Of a stretch of 32,000 nt of DNA, positions 11,901-21,343 are shown in pieces. Position 1 is the stretch's first letter, and each line of letters opens with the position of its first letter. The stretch spans positions 3,750,001 through 3,782,000 of the forward strand of contig NC_000962.3 in NCBI RefSeq assembly GCF_000195955.2. The letters are read 5' to 3'. The stretch is from Mycobacterium tuberculosis H37Rv (GTDB lineage Bacteria > Actinomycetota > Actinomycetes > Mycobacteriales > Mycobacteriaceae). The position numbers were made by a program, and so were the translations under genes. The notes beneath the pieces were generated by a model. It worked only from the letters and a program-made list of their open reading frames with translations. It was not told the origin of the DNA and did no database searches.

Positions 11901-14900
11901 GATCCCGGCCACCACGATTGGCTCAAGATGAATTGGTCCGAGTTGGCCCGTGATAGGACCAAGAACGGGCAGGCCTAACGTGAAATCCATGGGCGGAATA
12001 TCGATATTCGAGAGCGTGATGGGGCCGAAGCTGATGAAGCTACCGTTATTCTTCAGGGCGGACAGCAGGGTGGCTTCCGGGGCGGTGAAGCCGACGGTGA
12101 CGACGCCATTGATGCCGATGTGGATGGCGGGGATGGGGATGTCGGGCACGGTGAAGCTGTAGTCCGCGTCGCCGGTGATCTGCAGGTGCAGCGGCGGAAG
12201 GATCGTGGTGTCCGGGATGACGATGGGGCCGATACCGCCAGTCGTGGTGATGCGGATCGGGAATTGCGGGATCGTGATGCCATAGGACAGGCCGAACAGG
12301 CCCTCGTGGTCGCCGCGCCACAGCATGCCGTTGCTGTCGGTCCCCGACATGAGGGCGCCGGTGTTGCGGGTGCCCGTATTCATAATGCCGGTGTTGAACC
12401 AGCCGGTGTTGATGTCGCCCGGGTTGAAACCACCGGTGTTGGTATCACCGACATTGAAGCTGCCCGTGTTGTACGACCCGGGGTTGGCGATGCCGGTGTT
12501 GAAATTGCCGGCATTGAAGAGCCCAGTACTGCCGGTTCCGCTATTACCGATGCCGGTGTTGAAACTACCGGAGTTGAACAGTCCGAAGTTGCCGGTGCCG
12601 GTGTTGAAGAACCCGACATTGCCGGTGCCGGAATTGAACAATCCGATATTGCCACTACCCGAGTTGAGGCCGCCGATGCCGGTCTGGTAGTCGCCGACCA
12701 GCCCGATCCCGATGTTGCCCGTGCCGGTGTTGGCCAACCCGATGTTGCCCACACCCAGGTTGGCCAGCCCCCAGTTGTTGCTGCCGGCATTGCTCAACCC
12801 CACGTTGCCCAGGCCGGCCAGGCCCACCGCCGGACCCGAGTTGGCGAACCCGACGTTGCCGGCACCGATGTTGCCGAACCCGACGTTCCCGCTGCCGAGA
12901 TTGCCCAGGCCCAGGTTCTGCGCGCCGATGTTGGCCGCACCCCAGTTGAGGTCCCCCACATTGCCCAACCCGGTGTTGAACGCGCCCACATCGGCCCACC
13001 CGATATTGACAATGGGGCTCCGGTTGAGCACGGTCCCATTTGCCAAGAACCCCGACAGCTGCTGGCCGAGGTTGCCGATGCCCGAGACCACCGCCGGGGT
13101 GCCCGCTCCCAGGGTGCTGGTGTTGTACCACCCGGAGATCCCCGAGCCGACGTTCAGCACGCCCGAGCTCAGCGTGCCGGCATTGGCAACTCCCGAGCCC
13201 GCCCCTGCTAACACGTCGTGCCCCTGGTTCCACCAGCCCGACGTGCCCGCGCCGACGTTGGCGAACCCCGATCCACCGCCGCCGCCGGTGTTGAAGAACC
13301 CCGACGATGGGGCCGTGGTGGTGTTGCCGAACCCCGGCACCGCCGGCACATCGATGATCGGGATCGGGATATCGCCGATGAGGATGGTGCCGTCGAAGGT
13401 CGCCGGCACGGTGTCGAGGGTGAACCCGTCGGGCAACAGCGTGAACGCGTCCAGCCCCACGGACAGTCCGGTGACCCCGGCGGAGGCCCGCGGAAAGGTC
13501 AGCCCACCCGGGAAGAAGGTGAACCCGTCGTTGGCGACCTCCATACCCACCGTCACGGGGGTTTGCGCGGGAATGGTGAAACCATTCGGGAAAAGCGTCC
13601 ACGGGGTGGTGTCCAAGTTGAGGGTTAGGGGAATTGGTGTCGGGGTGACCAATATCTGACCGCTAACCGTGAGGCCGGGCACAATGATGTTCTCTAGGAA
13701 CAAGACACCGGCAACAACTTGGAACGCATCAATGGTGATAAATGGGTCACTGAGGCGGAACGGCTCGAGAAAAAGCCCTATCGAACCGGCGAGCGGGTCA
13801 AGAGCGCGAATCGGCGAGATGGTGTTTGCGGCCAGGTCCACGCTTCCGGTGATGCTGGCGATGGGAAGTGAGGGAATGCTGATCGGTGGGACGGTGAACG
13901 GACCCAGGCCGACGGTGGCGTCGGTGATCTCGACGTGCACGGCGGGTACCGGGACGGGCGCCACATGCAGCGGGCCCACCCCGCCGATCGCGTGCACGGT
14001 GACCGGGAATTGGGAGATCGTGGGCCCGACGCGGACGCCGACCAGGCCCTCGTAGCCGCCCCGCCACAACAGGCCGTTGCTGTAGTCGCCCGTCATGAAG
14101 GCGCCGGTGCCGAAGGTGCCCGCGTTGGCCAACCCGGTGTTGGCATGCCCGGTGTTGAACCAGCCGGTGTTGATGCCGCCCGGGTTGAAGCCACCGGTGT
14201 TGGTGTCGCCGGCGTTGAAGCTGCCCGTGTTGTAGTCACCAGTGTTGGCGATGCCGGTGCTGAAGCTGCCGGCATTGAAGAGCCCGGTGCTGGCCGTTCC
14301 GCTATTACCGATCCCGGTGTTGAAGCGGCCGGAGTTCCCGATGCCGAAGTTGCCGGTCCCGGAATTGAAGAACCCGACGTTGCCGGTGCCGGAGTTGAAC
14401 AACCCGATATTGCCGATGCCGGAGTTCAAGCCCCCGATCCCGGTCCGATGGTCCCCGACCAGCCCGATCCCGATGTTGCCCGTGCCGGTGTTGGCAAACC
14501 CAATATTGCCCACACCCATGTTCGCCAAGCCATAGTTGTTGATGCCGGCATTGCCAAAACCAACATTGCCCACCCCCGCCGCGCCGGCGGTCAGGCCCAA
14601 GTTGGCAAACCCCAGGTTGCCATGGCCGATGTTGCCCAACCCCAGGTTGCCGTCCCCGACATTGCCCAGGCCCAGGTTGTGCCCACCGATGTTGGCCGCA
14701 CCCAGGTTGACGTCCCCGACATTTCCGAACCCGGTGTTGAAGTTGCCCACATTGGCCAACCCGAGGTTGCCGGCGAGCATCGAGCGCAGCGTGGTTCCCG
14801 CCGCCGACACCCCCGACAGCTGCTGGCCCAGGTTGCCGATGCCCGACACCGCCGCCGGTGTCCCGAAAGGCAACACGCTGGTGTTGTAGAACCCCGAGAT

Positions 14901-16500
14901 CCCTGAGCCCAGGTTGAGCACACCCGAGCCCAGGGTGCCCACGTTGCCAACACCCGAACCGGCCCCCAACAGCGCGCTCGGCGCCTGGTTCCACCAGCCC
15001 GAGCTGCCCGCGCCGACGTTGCCGAAACCCGACACCCCACCCGCACCGGAGTTGAAGAATCCCGACGACGGGGCCGTGGTGGTGTTCCCCACTCCCGGCG
15101 CCGCCGGGATATGAAGGCCCTGGATCGTGATGGGGCCGATCGTGACCCCGCCCCCCACGGTCAGGGGGATGCGATCGATCGTGATCGGCGGGGTGCTGAA
15201 CCCGTCGATCTGGCCCTCGATATCGATCGACAACGGCAACGGCTGCGCGGGAACACTAAATCCCGGGATGGTAAAGCCCGGGTTACTGATCGACACACTC
15301 ACCAGCAACCCCAAAGGATTATCGGGAGCACTGATGCCATTCGGGAACAGCGTGATCGGAGGGGTATCCCATCTGATCGTTAAATCAATCTGTGGATTGG
15401 TGGGTCCGGGAATGGTGGTGTCGATAACGATAGGGCCGATAAAGCTGACAAGCTGACCGTTAGAATCAAAGGTTTGGATTTGTGGAATTGTGATTTTCCC
15501 TAAACTGAAGGTGGGAAAGGGCAATTGGTTGACAAATGTCTGTTGGGCAAACAGGGTGATGGGTGTGATGGTCAGCGGGCCGATGTTGATGGGTATGCCG
15601 ATACCGCCGCCGAAGGCGGGGATCACGATGTCGGGAACCACCAGCGGGCCCAAGTTGACGGTTTGGTGAATGCTGAGCGGGATGGTGGGCAGGATCGGGA
15701 TGGGCTGGATGGTGATCGGGCCGATGTCGCCGTTGAGCACCAGGCCGATGGGAATTGCGGGGATCGACGAGCCGGCGGAGACGCCGAACAGGCCCTGGTA
15801 GTCACCCACCCACAGCACGCCGTTGTTGAAGTTGCCCGAGATGAACGCGCCGGTGTTGACGTTGCCCGAGTTGGCGATGCCGGTGTTGGTGTTGCCGGTG
15901 TTCAGCCAGCCGGTGTTCACACCGCCGGGGTTGAAGCCACCGGTGTTGGTGTCGCCGGCGTTGAAACTGCCGGTGTTGTAACTGCCCACGTTCACCACGC
16001 CGGTGTTGAAATTGCCGGCATTGAACAACCCCGTGCTGGCCGTCCCCGCATTACCGACACCGGTGTTGTAATTACCCGAGTTGAACACCCCGAAGTTCCC
16101 GGTCCCCGAATTGAAGAACCCCACATTCCCGGTGCCGGAGTTGAACAACCCGATATTCCCGGTGCCCGAATTCAGGCCCCCGATACCCGTCAGGTGGTTG
16201 CCGGTGAGCCCGACGCCGACGTTGTTGGTGCCGGTGTTGCCGAAACCGATGTTGCCCACACCCAGGTTTGCGAAACCATAGTTGCTGCTGCCCGCATTGC
16301 CCAACCCGATATTGCCCAAGCCGGCCAGGCCCGCCCCCAGACCGGAGTTGCCGAACCCGACATTCCCGTTACCGAGGTTGCCGAACCCGACATTGGTGCC
16401 ACCGGCATTCCCGAAACCCAGATTCTGCCCACCCACATTGCCCGCGCCCAGGTTGAACACCCCGACATTGCCCAACCCGACGTTGTAATTGCCGACATTG
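5952..16500 (-). repeat. MPTR pentapeptide repeats organised in six higher-order modules
   Basis: The anchor motif TGIGGLNSG recurs at 16175, 14429, 12668, 10871, 9089 and 7328. Spacings are 1746, 1761, 1797, 1782 and 1761 bp, all multiples of 3. Confidence 0.9.
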
Positions 16501-17102
16501 CCCAAACCCGCATTCAGGCTCAGCGCCTTCGCAGGGCTGGCGAACAGGGCGGTAAGGAACGCGCCGACACCTCCCCCCAGCGCCTGCGCCGGTGGGCTGA
16601 ACGCCGGCAACGCCGCGGCAGCAGCCGACGCGCCGGAATGGTAGCCGGCCATCGCCGCCACATCGGCGGCCCACATCAGCTCGTACTCGGCCTCGGCGGC
16701 CGCGATCGCCGGCGTGTTCTGCCCCAACAGATTCGACACCGCCAACGCCACCAGCCGCGCCCGGTTGGCCGCCACCAGCGCCGGATCCACCGTCGCCGCC
16801 AACGCCGCCTCAAAGACCCCCACCACCACCCGCGCCTGCCCGGCCACCGCCTCGGCCGCGGCCGCCACCGAACCCAACCACCCCGCATACGGCGCCGCCG
16901 CGGCCGCCATCGCCGCCGCCGCCGCACCCTGCCACACCCCCGCCGTCAGGCCCGACGTCACCTGCCCAAACGACACCGCCGCCGACCCCAACTCCTCAGC
17001 CAGCCCATCCCACGCCGCGGCCGCCGCCAGCAACGGGCTCGACCCCGCACCCGAATACATCAGCACGGAGTTGATTTCCGGTGGCAACACCGGAAACTCC
17101 AT
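5952..17102 (-). CDS. PPE56: Giant PPE-MPTR family protein, 3716 aa
   Basis: Single open frame from ATG at 17102 ([25 protein letters not shown]...) to the stop at 5952. PPE N-domain, then six long NxGxGNxG (MPTR) blocks alternating with beta-rich IPxIPI blocks. The track start at 17315 (GTG) is 71 codons upstream of the PPE motif and is unlikely. Confidence 0.95.
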   Translation of the reverse strand: MEFPVLPPEINSVLMYSGAGSSPLLAAAAAWDGLAEELGSAAVSFGQVTSGLTAGVWQGAAAAAMAAAAAPYAGWLGSVAAAAEAVAGQARVVVGVFEAALAATVDPALVAANRARLVALAVSNLLGQNTPAIAAAEAEYELMWAADVAAMAGYHSGASAAAAALPAFSPPAQALGGGVGAFLTALFASPAKALSLNAGLGNVGNYNVGLGNVGVFNLGAGNVGGQNLGFGNAGGTNVGFGNLGNGNVGFGNSGLGAGLAGLGNIGLGNAGSSNYGFANLGVGNIGFGNTGTNNVGVGLTGNHLTGIGGLNSGTGNIGLFNSGTGNVGFFNSGTGNFGVFNSGNYNTGVGNAGTASTGLFNAGNFNTGVVNVGSYNTGSFNAGDTNTGGFNPGGVNTGWLNTGNTNTGIANSGNVNTGAFISGNFNNGVLWVGDYQGLFGVSAGSSIPAIPIGLVLNGDIGPITIQPIPILPTIPLSIHQTVNLGPLVVPDIVIPAFGGGIGIPINIGPLTITPITLFAQQTFVNQLPFPTFSLGKITIPQIQTFDSNGQLVSFIGPIVIDTTIPGPTNPQIDLTIRWDTPPITLFPNGISAPDNPLGLLVSVSISNPGFTIPGFSVPAQPLPLSIDIEGQIDGFSTPPITIDRIPLTVGGGVTIGPITIQGLHIPAAPGVGNTTTAPSSGFFNSGAGGVSGFGNVGAGSSGWWNQAPSALLGAGSGVGNVGTLGSGVLNLGSGISGFYNTSVLPFGTPAAVSGIGNLGQQLSGVSAAGTTLRSMLAGNLGLANVGNFNTGFGNVGDVNLGAANIGGHNLGLGNVGDGNLGLGNIGHGNLGFANLGLTAGAAGVGNVGFGNAGINNYGLANMGVGNIGFANTGTGNIGIGLVGDHRTGIGGLNSGIGNIGLFNSGTGNVGFFNSGTGNFGIGNSGRFNTGIGNSGTASTGLFNAGSFSTGIANTGDYNTGSFNAGDTNTGGFNPGGINTGWFNTGHANTGLANAGTFGTGAFMTGDYSNGLLWRGGYEGLVGVRVGPTISQFPVTVHAIGGVGPLHVAPVPVPAVHVEITDATVGLGPFTVPPISIPSLPIASITGSVDLAANTISPIRALDPLAGSIGLFLEPFRLSDPFITIDAFQVVAGVLFLENIIVPGLTVSGQILVTPTPIPLTLNLDTTPWTLFPNGFTIPAQTPVTVGMEVANDGFTFFPGGLTFPRASAGVTGLSVGLDAFTLLPDGFTLDTVPATFDGTILIGDIPIPIIDVPAVPGFGNTTTAPSSGFFNTGGGGGSGFANVGAGTSGWWNQGHDVLAGAGSGVANAGTLSSGVLNVGSGISGWYNTSTLGAGTPAVVSGIGNLGQQLSGFLANGTVLNRSPIVNIGWADVGAFNTGLGNVGDLNWGAANIGAQNLGLGNLGSGNVGFGNIGAGNVGFANSGPAVGLAGLGNVGLSNAGSNNWGLANLGVGNIGLANTGTGNIGIGLVGDYQTGIGGLNSGSGNIGLFNSGTGNVGFFNTGTGNFGLFNSGSFNTGIGNSGTGSTGLFNAGNFNTGIANPGSYNTGSFNVGDTNTGGFNPGDINTGWFNTGIMNTGTRNTGALMSGTDSNGMLWRGDHEGLFGLSYGITIPQFPIRITTTGGIGPIVIPDTTILPPLHLQITGDADYSFTVPDIPIPAIHIGINGVVTVGFTAPEATLLSALKNNGSFISFGPITLSNIDIPPMDFTLGLPVLGPITGQLGPIHLEPIVVAGIGVPLEIEPIPLDAISLSESIPIRIPVDIPASVIDGISMSEVVPIDASVDIPAVTITGTTISAIPLGFDIRTSAGPLNIPIIDIPAAPGFGNSTQMPSSGFFNTGAGGGSGIGNLGAGVSGLLNQAGAGSLVGTLSGLGNAGTLASGVLNSGTAISGLFNVSTLDATTPAVISGFSNLGDHMSGVSIDGLIAILTFPPAESVFDQIIDAAIAELQHLDIGNALALGNVGGVNLGLANVGEFNLGAGNVGNINVGAGNLGGSNLGLGNVGTGNLGFGNIGAGNFGFGNAGLTAGAGGLGNVGLGNAGSGSWGLANVGVGNIGLANTGTGNIGIGLTGDYRTGIGGLNSGTGNLGLFNSGTGNIGFFNTGTGNFGLFNSGSYSTGVGNAGTASTGLFNAGNFNTGLANAGSYNTGSLNVGSFNTGGVNPGTVNTGWFNTGHTNTGLFNTGNVNTGAFNSGSFNNGALWTGDYHGLVGFSFSIDIAGSTLLDLNETLNLGPIHIEQIDIPGMSLFDVHEIVEIGPFTIPQVDVPAIPLEIHESIHMDPIVLVPATTIPAQTRTIPLDIPASPGSTMTLPLISMRFEGEDWILGSTAAIPNFGDPFPAPTQGITIHTGPGPGTTGELKISIPGFEIPQIATTRFLLDVNISGGLPAFTLFAGGLTIPTNAIPLTIDASGALDPITIFPGGYTIDPLPLHLALNLTVPDSSIPIIDVPPTPGFGNTTATPSSGFFNSGAGGVSGFGNVGSNLSGWWNQAASALAGSGSGVLNVGTLGSGVLNVGSGVSGIYNTSVLPLGTPAVLSGLGNVGHQLSGVSAAGTALNQIPILNIGLADVGNFNVGFGNVGDVNLGAANLGAQNLGLGNVGTGNLGFANVGHGNIGFGNSGLTAGAAGLGNTGFGNAGSANYGFANQGVRNIGLANTGTGNIGIGLVGDNLTGIGGLNSGAGNIGLFNSGTGNIGFFNSGTGNFGIGNSGSFNTGIGNSGTGSTGLFNAGSFNTGVANAGSYNTGSFNAGDTNTGGFNPGTINTGWFNTGHTNTGIANSGNVGTGAFMSGNFSNGLLWRGDHEGLFSLFYSLDVPRITIVDAHLDGGFGPVVLPPIPVPAVNAHLTGNVAMGAFTIPQIDIPALTPNITGSAAFRIVVGSVRIPPVSVIVEQIINASVGAEMRIDPFEMWTQGTNGLGITFYSFGSADGSPYATGPLVFGAGTSDGSHLTISASSGAFTTPQLETGPITLGFQVPGSVNAITLFPGGLTFPATSLLNLDVTAGAGGVDIPAITWPEIAASADGSVYVLASSIPLINIPPTPGIGNSTITPSSGFFNAGAGGGSGFGNFGAGTSGWWNQAHTALAGAGSGFANVGTLHSGVLNLGSGVSGIYNTSTLGVGTPALVSGLGNVGHQLSGLLSGGSAVNPVTVLNIGLANVGSHNAGFGNVGEVNLGAANLGAHNLGFGNIGAGNLGFGNIGHGNVGVGNSGLTAGVPGLGNVGLGNAGGNNWGLANVGVGNIGLANTGTGNIGIGLTGDYQTGIGGLNSGAGNLGLFNSGAGNVGFFNTGTGNFGLFNSGSFNTGVGNSGTGSTGLFNAGSFNTGVANAGSYNTGSFNVGDTNTGGFNPGSINTGWLNAGNANTGVANAGNVNTGAFVTGNFSNGILWRGDYQGLAGFAVGYTLPLFPAVGADVSGGIGPITVLPPIHIPPIPVGFAAVGGIGPIAIPDISVPSIHLGLDPAVHVGSITVNPITVRTPPVLVSYSQGAVTSTSGPTSEIWVKPSFFPGIRIAPSSGGGATSTQGAYFVGPISIPSGTVTFPGFTIPLDPIDIGLPVSLTIPGFTIPGGTLIPTLPLGLALSNGIPPVDIPAIVLDRILLDLHADTTIGPINVPIAGFGGAPGFGNSTTLPSSGFFNTGAGGGSGFSNTGAGMSGLLNAMSDPLLGSASGFANFGTQLSGILNRGAGISGVYNTGALGVVTAAVVSGFGNVGQQLSGLLFTGVGP
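16559..17086. repeat. Duplicated PPE 5' region, copy in PPE56
   Basis: See the partner at 2641-3168. Confidence 0.9.
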
Positions 17103-17345
17103 CACCCATTCCCCTTCCCAGCCCGACACCAATCCCCACCGACACCCCCCACATGACGTGTCGACGCCCCGATAATTTTGCTCGCATTGCCAACGGCCCA
17201 AGAACGATTCCCCGATAATCGCGGGTACTGGGTGCACTTTGCACAGACGCCGCAGCAAAATGCACATATGCCCTGTCCAGACCGGCGAGCGGCAGGGCGT
17301 CATCTGCCCTGACACTTCGACTGCTGGCGGAGTCCGCGAGCATGC

Positions 17346-18140
17346 TCACCGCCGCGGCGTGCGCCGAACCGGCAGCGCCGGCAAATCCATGACCCCAGCC
17401 TGTTCTTGGGTCACTGCGACGTTCACTTTTAAGCGCGACCACGTAAGGTTGGGCAAAGTTCCCAAGCGTTTCACAGTGTCAGTGCACAGTGCGCACCTGA
17501 TTACCAAAACCCCGAACCTCACTCGAAAGCCGAGAGCGGGTAAAAGTCGTTCAGCGACCTGTCTGGTAGAGAAATCCAGACCCGAGTACATGATCCGGTC
17601 GGGATCGTACTTGCGCCGCACTGTGGTCAGCCGCGACAGGTTCGCGCCGAAGTATTGTGACGCCGCGGCGTTGGCCTCCAGGTAGTTGACATAGCCGCCG
17701 ACCGAAAAGTGTTGCACCGCGTGGTGTGCGTCGCTCAGCCATTTGTTGGCCGTCGCCACCTGGCCGTCGCTGGGGGTGTTGACATACCACTGCACCACAG
17801 CGGACTGGCGGCACCAGGGAAATGCCGAGCCCTCCGGGTCCATGTCGCCCACCGCGCCGCCCAGCGAATCGATCAGAGCCGACGCGCGGCCCGCAGCGGG
17901 TGGCCATGTTCCGATGGCGGCGACGATGGCTTGGGCCGCGGCCGGATTCGTCGTCCCGATGACATCGGATCCAGCCACGAAGCCCTCCGGCGGATAGGTC
18001 GTATGGCCGCCGGCCAGATACCTCACCAGGTCCATACGGCGCAGCGTCTTGTGCTCAACTCCACTGGGTTGCACTCCAACCGCGGACTTGATCGCATCCG
18101 CGACAGCCGCGCCGGACCGCGCCGGGCAGCTCGCCAGCAC
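17346..18140 (-). CDS. C-terminal fragment of the FAD-linked oxidoreductase (264-aa ORF)
   Basis: ORF track. Same frame as 18222-18593, separated only by a TGA codon at 18222-18224. Confidence 0.5.
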   Translation of the reverse strand: MLASCPARSGAAVADAIKSAVGVQPSGVEHKTLRRMDLVRYLAGGHTTYPPEGFVAGSDVIGTTNPAAAQAIVAAIGTWPPAAGRASALIDSLGGAVGDMDPEGSAFPWCRQSAVVQWYVNTPSDGQVATANKWLSDAHHAVQHFSVGGYVNYLEANAAASQYFGANLSRLTTVRRKYDPDRIMYSGLDFSTRQVAERLLPALGFRVRFGVLVIRCALCTDTVKRLGTLPNLTWSRLKVNVAVTQEQAGVMDLPALPVRRTPRR

Positions 18141-18221
18141 ATGACAATTGCCTCCGGATGAGCTGACCGCGGGGTCAACCAGACCCCACGTGGTGCGGTC
18201 GGCCCCGGCCAGCCACGTCTG

Positions 18222-18593
18222 TCAGCCGACCAGCACCTGCGCGGCCGCAGACGGCGCGAAATCGACACGGACGACATCGCAGTCCGCGGTGGGGAACCTC
18301 GCGAACGTCATCGATGTCGTCACCCCGAAGTTGCCGCCCCCGCCGCCACGAAGCGCCCAGAACAGCTCCGCGTGGTCGTCGGCAGACGCGCTCACCGCAT
18401 CACCGCCGGGCAACACCACCGTCGCCGACTTGAGCGCATCGCAGGTCAACCCCGCATGGCGAGAATCGGCGCCTAACCCGCCGCCCAGGGTCAAACCCGC
18501 CACACCCACGGTCGGGCAGCTGCCGGTCGGAATCGCCCGGCTCTCACCGGCCAACGCTTGATGGACCGCATAGAGATCGGTCGCGGCCGACAC
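18222..18593 (-). CDS. Middle fragment of the FAD-linked oxidoreductase (123-aa ORF)
   Basis: ORF track; contains IPTGSCPTVGVAGLTLGGGLG. Confidence 0.45.
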   Translation of the reverse strand: MSAATDLYAVHQALAGESRAIPTGSCPTVGVAGLTLGGGLGADSRHAGLTCDALKSATVVLPGGDAVSASADDHAELFWALRGGGGGNFGVTTSMTFARFPTADCDVVRVDFAPSAAAQVLVG

Positions 18594-18735
18594 CGTACGT
18601 TTCTCGTGGCGCTGTCGAAATGCACCCCGCCCGGTAGGCCCAGCAGATCGAGCACCATGGCGCCATTGGCCGACGAGGCGCCGATGTAGGAATGTCCGCC
18701 GCCGCGCACAGCGATCTTGAGCTTGCTGGCCGCCG

Positions 18736-18996
18736 CTACGAAACCGCCTTCCGGACGTCTGCCTGCGAGGCGACCGTCACCACCGCGGCCGGATTCAAGC
18801 CGCTGTAGTTCGAATTGAAGATCTGCTTTCCGCTCGTGAACGCCCTGCCGTTGGCCGGCAGCAGCACCTGCCCGCCTATCGATGAGGCCAGACTGGCCCA
18901 CCCATCACCCGGTGTTGCGCGCGCCAATATCGTCGGGAAGACCGCCGACGTCGCCGGCGCTCCGACGGCGCCGCGAAGAAACGTCTGGCGAGACAT
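18736..18996 (-). CDS. N-terminal fragment of the oxidoreductase with a degenerate Tat signal (86-aa ORF)
   Basis: MSRQTFLRGAVGAPATSAVFPTILARATPG...; internal ATG at 18996 within the track ORF 18736..19080. Confidence 0.45.
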   Translation of the reverse strand: MSRQTFLRGAVGAPATSAVFPTILARATPGDGWASLASSIGGQVLLPANGRAFTSGKQIFNSNYSGLNPAAVVTVASQADVRKAVS

Positions 18997-19110
18997 CACG
19001 ACCGCGATCGTGTCGTATCGAGAACCCCGGCCGGTATCAGAACGCGCCAGAGCGCAAACCTTTATAACTTCGTGTCCCAAATGTGACGACCATGGACCAA
19101 GGTTCCTGAG

Positions 19111-19500
19111 ATGAACCTACGGCGCCATCAGACCCTGACGCTGCGACTGCTGGCGGCATCCGCGGGCATTCTCAGCGCCGCGGCCTTCGCCGCGCCAGCA
19201 CAGGCAAACCCCGTCGACGACGCGTTCATCGCCGCGCTGAACAATGCCGGCGTCAACTACGGCGATCCGGTCGACGCCAAAGCGCTGGGTCAGTCCGTCT
19301 GCCCGATCCTGGCCGAGCCCGGCGGGTCGTTTAACACCGCGGTAGCCAGCGTTGTGGCGCGCGCCCAAGGCATGTCCCAGGACATGGCGCAAACCTTCAC
19401 CAGTATCGCGATTTCGATGTACTGCCCCTCGGTGATGGCAGACGTCGCCAGCGGCAACCTGCCGGCCCTGCCAGACATGCCGGGGCTGCCCGGGTCCTAG
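19111..19500 (+). CDS. Secreted DUF732-family protein, 129 aa
   Basis: Sec signal peptide MNLRRHQTLTLRLLAASAGILSAAAFAAPAQA|NPVDDAFIAALNNAGVNYGDPVDAKALGQSVCPILAEPGG..., a typical mycobacterial DUF732 pattern with two Cys. Confidence 0.88.
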   Translation: MNLRRHQTLTLRLLAASAGILSAAAFAAPAQANPVDDAFIAALNNAGVNYGDPVDAKALGQSVCPILAEPGGSFNTAVASVVARAQGMSQDMAQTFTSIAISMYCPSVMADVASGNLPALPDMPGLPGS

Positions 19501-19513
19501 GCGTGCGCGGCTC

Positions 19514-19807
19514 CTAGCCGGTCCCTAACGGATCGATCGTGGATGCGATGTAGACCATGGCCGCCGCGACCGTCACGGTCGTCACGAAATCGATCCCCTT
19601 GCTGCGCACCACCAACAGGCCGGCCCGTTCCTCGGACAACACCAACCGCAGCACCGCCGCCACCCCAACGCCGATACCGATCAGCAGCGCACCACGGCGC
19701 CAGAAGTTAGCCCCCGCCAGCACGAACCCCACCGCGAAGATCGACCCAACCAGCAGGATCGGCCACTGGGCGCCAACAGTGCGCCGGAAAACGGCCCTCA
19801 CGGTCAT
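19514..19807 (-). CDS. Small integral membrane protein, DUF3017-like, 97 aa
   Basis: Hydrophobic segments ([56 protein letters not shown]). Start overlaps the folD stop by 4 bp. Confidence 0.8.
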   Translation of the reverse strand: MTVRAVFRRTVGAQWPILLVGSIFAVGFVLAGANFWRRGALLIGIGVGVAAVLRLVLSEERAGLLVVRSKGIDFVTTVTVAAAMVYIASTIDPLGTG

Positions 19808-20649
19808 CGCCGCTCAGCCAGCTCCACGACATTGGTCAACAAGAACGCCCGGGTCAACGGGCCCACGCCGCCCGGATTGGGTGACACGTGGCCGGCGAGC
19901 TCCCACACATCGGGATGCACGTCGCCGACCAGTCCGTCATCAGTGCGGCTGACGCCGACGTCGATTACCGCGGCACCCGGGCGCACCATGTCAGCCGTCA
20001 ACAGGTGCGCCACCCCGACCGCGGCCACGACGATGTCGGCCTGCCGGGTCAACGCGGGCAGGTCGCGGGTACCGGTGTGGCACAACGTCACCGTGGCATT
20101 CTCCGAGCGCCGGGTCAGCAACAGCCCCAGCGGCCGGCCCACCGTCACACCACGACCGATAACGACCACATGCGCGCCGGCGATCGAGATGTCGTAGCGC
20201 CGCAGCAGGTGCACAATGCCGCGCGGAGTACACGGCAGCGGCGCCGGGGTGCCCAGCACCAGCCGGCCCAGGTTGGTCGGGTGCAACCCATCGGCGTCCT
20301 TGGCCGGGTCGACGCGCTCCAACGCCGCGTTCTCGTCGAGATGCTTGGGCAACGGCAACTGCACGATGTAGCCGGTGCAGTCGGGGTTGGCGTTCAGTTC
20401 GTCGATGGTCTCATTCAGCGTGGCGGTGCTGATGTCGGCGGGCAGGTCGCGGCGAATCGACGTGATGCCCACCTTGGCGCAATCAGCGTGCTTACCGCGC
20501 ACGTAGGCCTGCGACCCCGGGTCGTCACCGACCAGGATGGTGCCCAAGCCGGGCGTGCGGCCCGCCGCGTCCAATGCGGCCACCCGCTGCTTGAGGTCAC
20601 CGAAGATCTCGTCGCGGGTAGCCTTGCCGTCCAGCATGATCGCGCCCAC
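19804..20649 (-). CDS. folD: Bifunctional methylenetetrahydrofolate dehydrogenase/cyclohydrolase
   Basis: [23 protein letters not shown]...[31 protein letters not shown]...[14 protein letters not shown]...[12 protein letters not shown]...[14 protein letters not shown]...[21 protein letters not shown]...[23 protein letters not shown] start at 20649 chosen over the 24-codon N-terminal extension to 20721. Confidence 0.95.
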   Translation of the reverse strand: MGAIMLDGKATRDEIFGDLKQRVAALDAAGRTPGLGTILVGDDPGSQAYVRGKHADCAKVGITSIRRDLPADISTATLNETIDELNANPDCTGYIVQLPLPKHLDENAALERVDPAKDADGLHPTNLGRLVLGTPAPLPCTPRGIVHLLRRYDISIAGAHVVVIGRGVTVGRPLGLLLTRRSENATVTLCHTGTRDLPALTRQADIVVAAVGVAHLLTADMVRPGAAVIDVGVSRTDDGLVGDVHPDVWELAGHVSPNPGGVGPLTRAFLLTNVVELAERR

Positions 20650-20711
20650 GCCAGCCAGTCTGGCATGCGTGTCCGCGGTGCCGATGGCGACGACCCGCTC
20701 ACGCGCCCACC

Positions 20712-20752
20712 GTACGGACAACTTGTACCATTGTGGTACAGATTATCCGTAC
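20712..20752. promoter_or_regulatory. Nested coaxial inverted repeats, putative RelJK operator
   Basis: GTACGGA(20712-20718)-CAACT-TGTACCA(20724-20730)-TTG-TGGTACA(20734-20740)-GATTA-TCCGTAC(20746-20752). Both arm pairs are perfect and share a dyad axis at 20732. It lies 20 bp upstream of relJ. Confidence 0.7.
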
Positions 20753-20772
20753 ATCTTTCTAAGAGAGGACGC

Positions 20773-21048
20773 ATGAGCATCAGTGCGAGCGAGGCGAGGC
20801 AGCGCCTGTTTCCACTCATCGAACAGGTCAATACCGATCACCAGCCGGTGCGGATCACCTCCCGGGCCGGCGATGCGGTGCTGATGTCCGCCGACGACTA
20901 CGACGCGTGGCAGGAAACGGTCTATCTGCTGCGCTCACCGGAGAACGCCAGGCGGTTGATGGAAGCGGTTGCCCGGGATAAGGCTGGGCACTCGGCTTTC
21001 ACCAAGTCTGTAGATGAGCTGCGGGAGATGGCCGGCGGCGAGGAGTGA
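20773..21048 (+). CDS. relJ: Antitoxin, Phd/YefM family (RelJ), 91 aa
   Basis: [66 protein letters not shown], a classic YefM N-domain. Shine-Dalgarno-like AGAGAGG upstream. Confidence 0.95.
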
Positions 21049-21302
21049 GAAGCGTCAACTTCGATCCCGATGCCTGGGAGGACTTCTTGTTCTGGCTGGC
21101 CGCTGATCGCAAAACGGCCCGTCGGATCACCCGGTTGATCGGAGAAATTCAGCGTGATCCGTTCAGCGGGATCGGCAAACCCGAGCCGCTCCAAGGTGAG
21201 TTGTCGGGATACTGGTCGCGCCGGATCGACGACGAACACCGGCTGGTGTATCGAGCGGGCGACGACGAAGTCACGATGCTGAAGGCCCGATACCACTACT
21301 GA
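21045..21302 (+). CDS. relK: mRNA-interferase toxin, YoeB/RelE family (RelK), 85 aa
   Basis: [85 protein letters not shown]; 4-bp overlap with relJ. Confidence 0.95.
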
Positions 21303-21343
21303 TTTGGGGGCTGGTGGTATTCCGGCGGGCTTAAGCTCCCCAT

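Larger units (their letters stand above)
17346..18996 (-). pseudogene. Decayed FAD-linked (berberine-bridge-enzyme-like) oxidoreductase with an N-terminal Tat-like signal; usually annotated as three ORFs
   Basis: Fragments collinear in three frames: MSRQTFLRGAVGAPATSAVFPTILARATPG...VVTVASQADVRKAV | AAASKLKIAVRGGGHSYIGASSANGAMVLDLLGLPGGVHFDSATRNV | SAATDLYAVHQALAGESRAIPTGSCPTVGVAGLTLGGGLGADSRH...APSAAAQVLVG | TGA | QTWLAGADRTTWGLVDPAVSSSGGNCHVLASCPARSG...YFGANLSRLTTVRRKYDPDRIMYSGLDF. Has RGGGHS, CPTVG and C-terminal BBE motifs. Confidence 0.85.

Noticed and set aside
5952-16500. Evenly spaced short repeats that could be mistaken for a CRISPR array or minisatellite
   Set aside because: Repeats are in-frame coding MPTR units with variable codon usage; no constant repeat plus unique spacer layout and no cas genes anywhere in the window.
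15525-17156. 543-aa plus-strand ORF opposite the PPE56 5' end
   Set aside because: Antisense mirror of repetitive GC-rich codons; composition is [16 protein letters not shown] repeats typical of the complementary frame. Same for 8382..9899, 12120..13211, 10359..11516 and 13935..14906.
17103-17315. 71-codon N-terminal extension of PPE56 from the GTG at 17315
   Set aside because: PPE proteins start at [12 protein letters not shown]. The extension has no PPE or signal features and no similarity to the PPE55 upstream region.
19063-19070. TATAACTT as a -10 box for the DUF732 gene
   Set aside because: Plausible AT-rich spot but no supporting -35 and the mycobacterial -10 consensus is loose; not strong enough to list as a promoter.
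19888-21048. 386-aa plus-strand ORF spanning antisense folD and the relJ antitoxin
   Set aside because: Only the last 91 codons (from 20773) are the real antitoxin. The rest is open by GC bias opposite folD.
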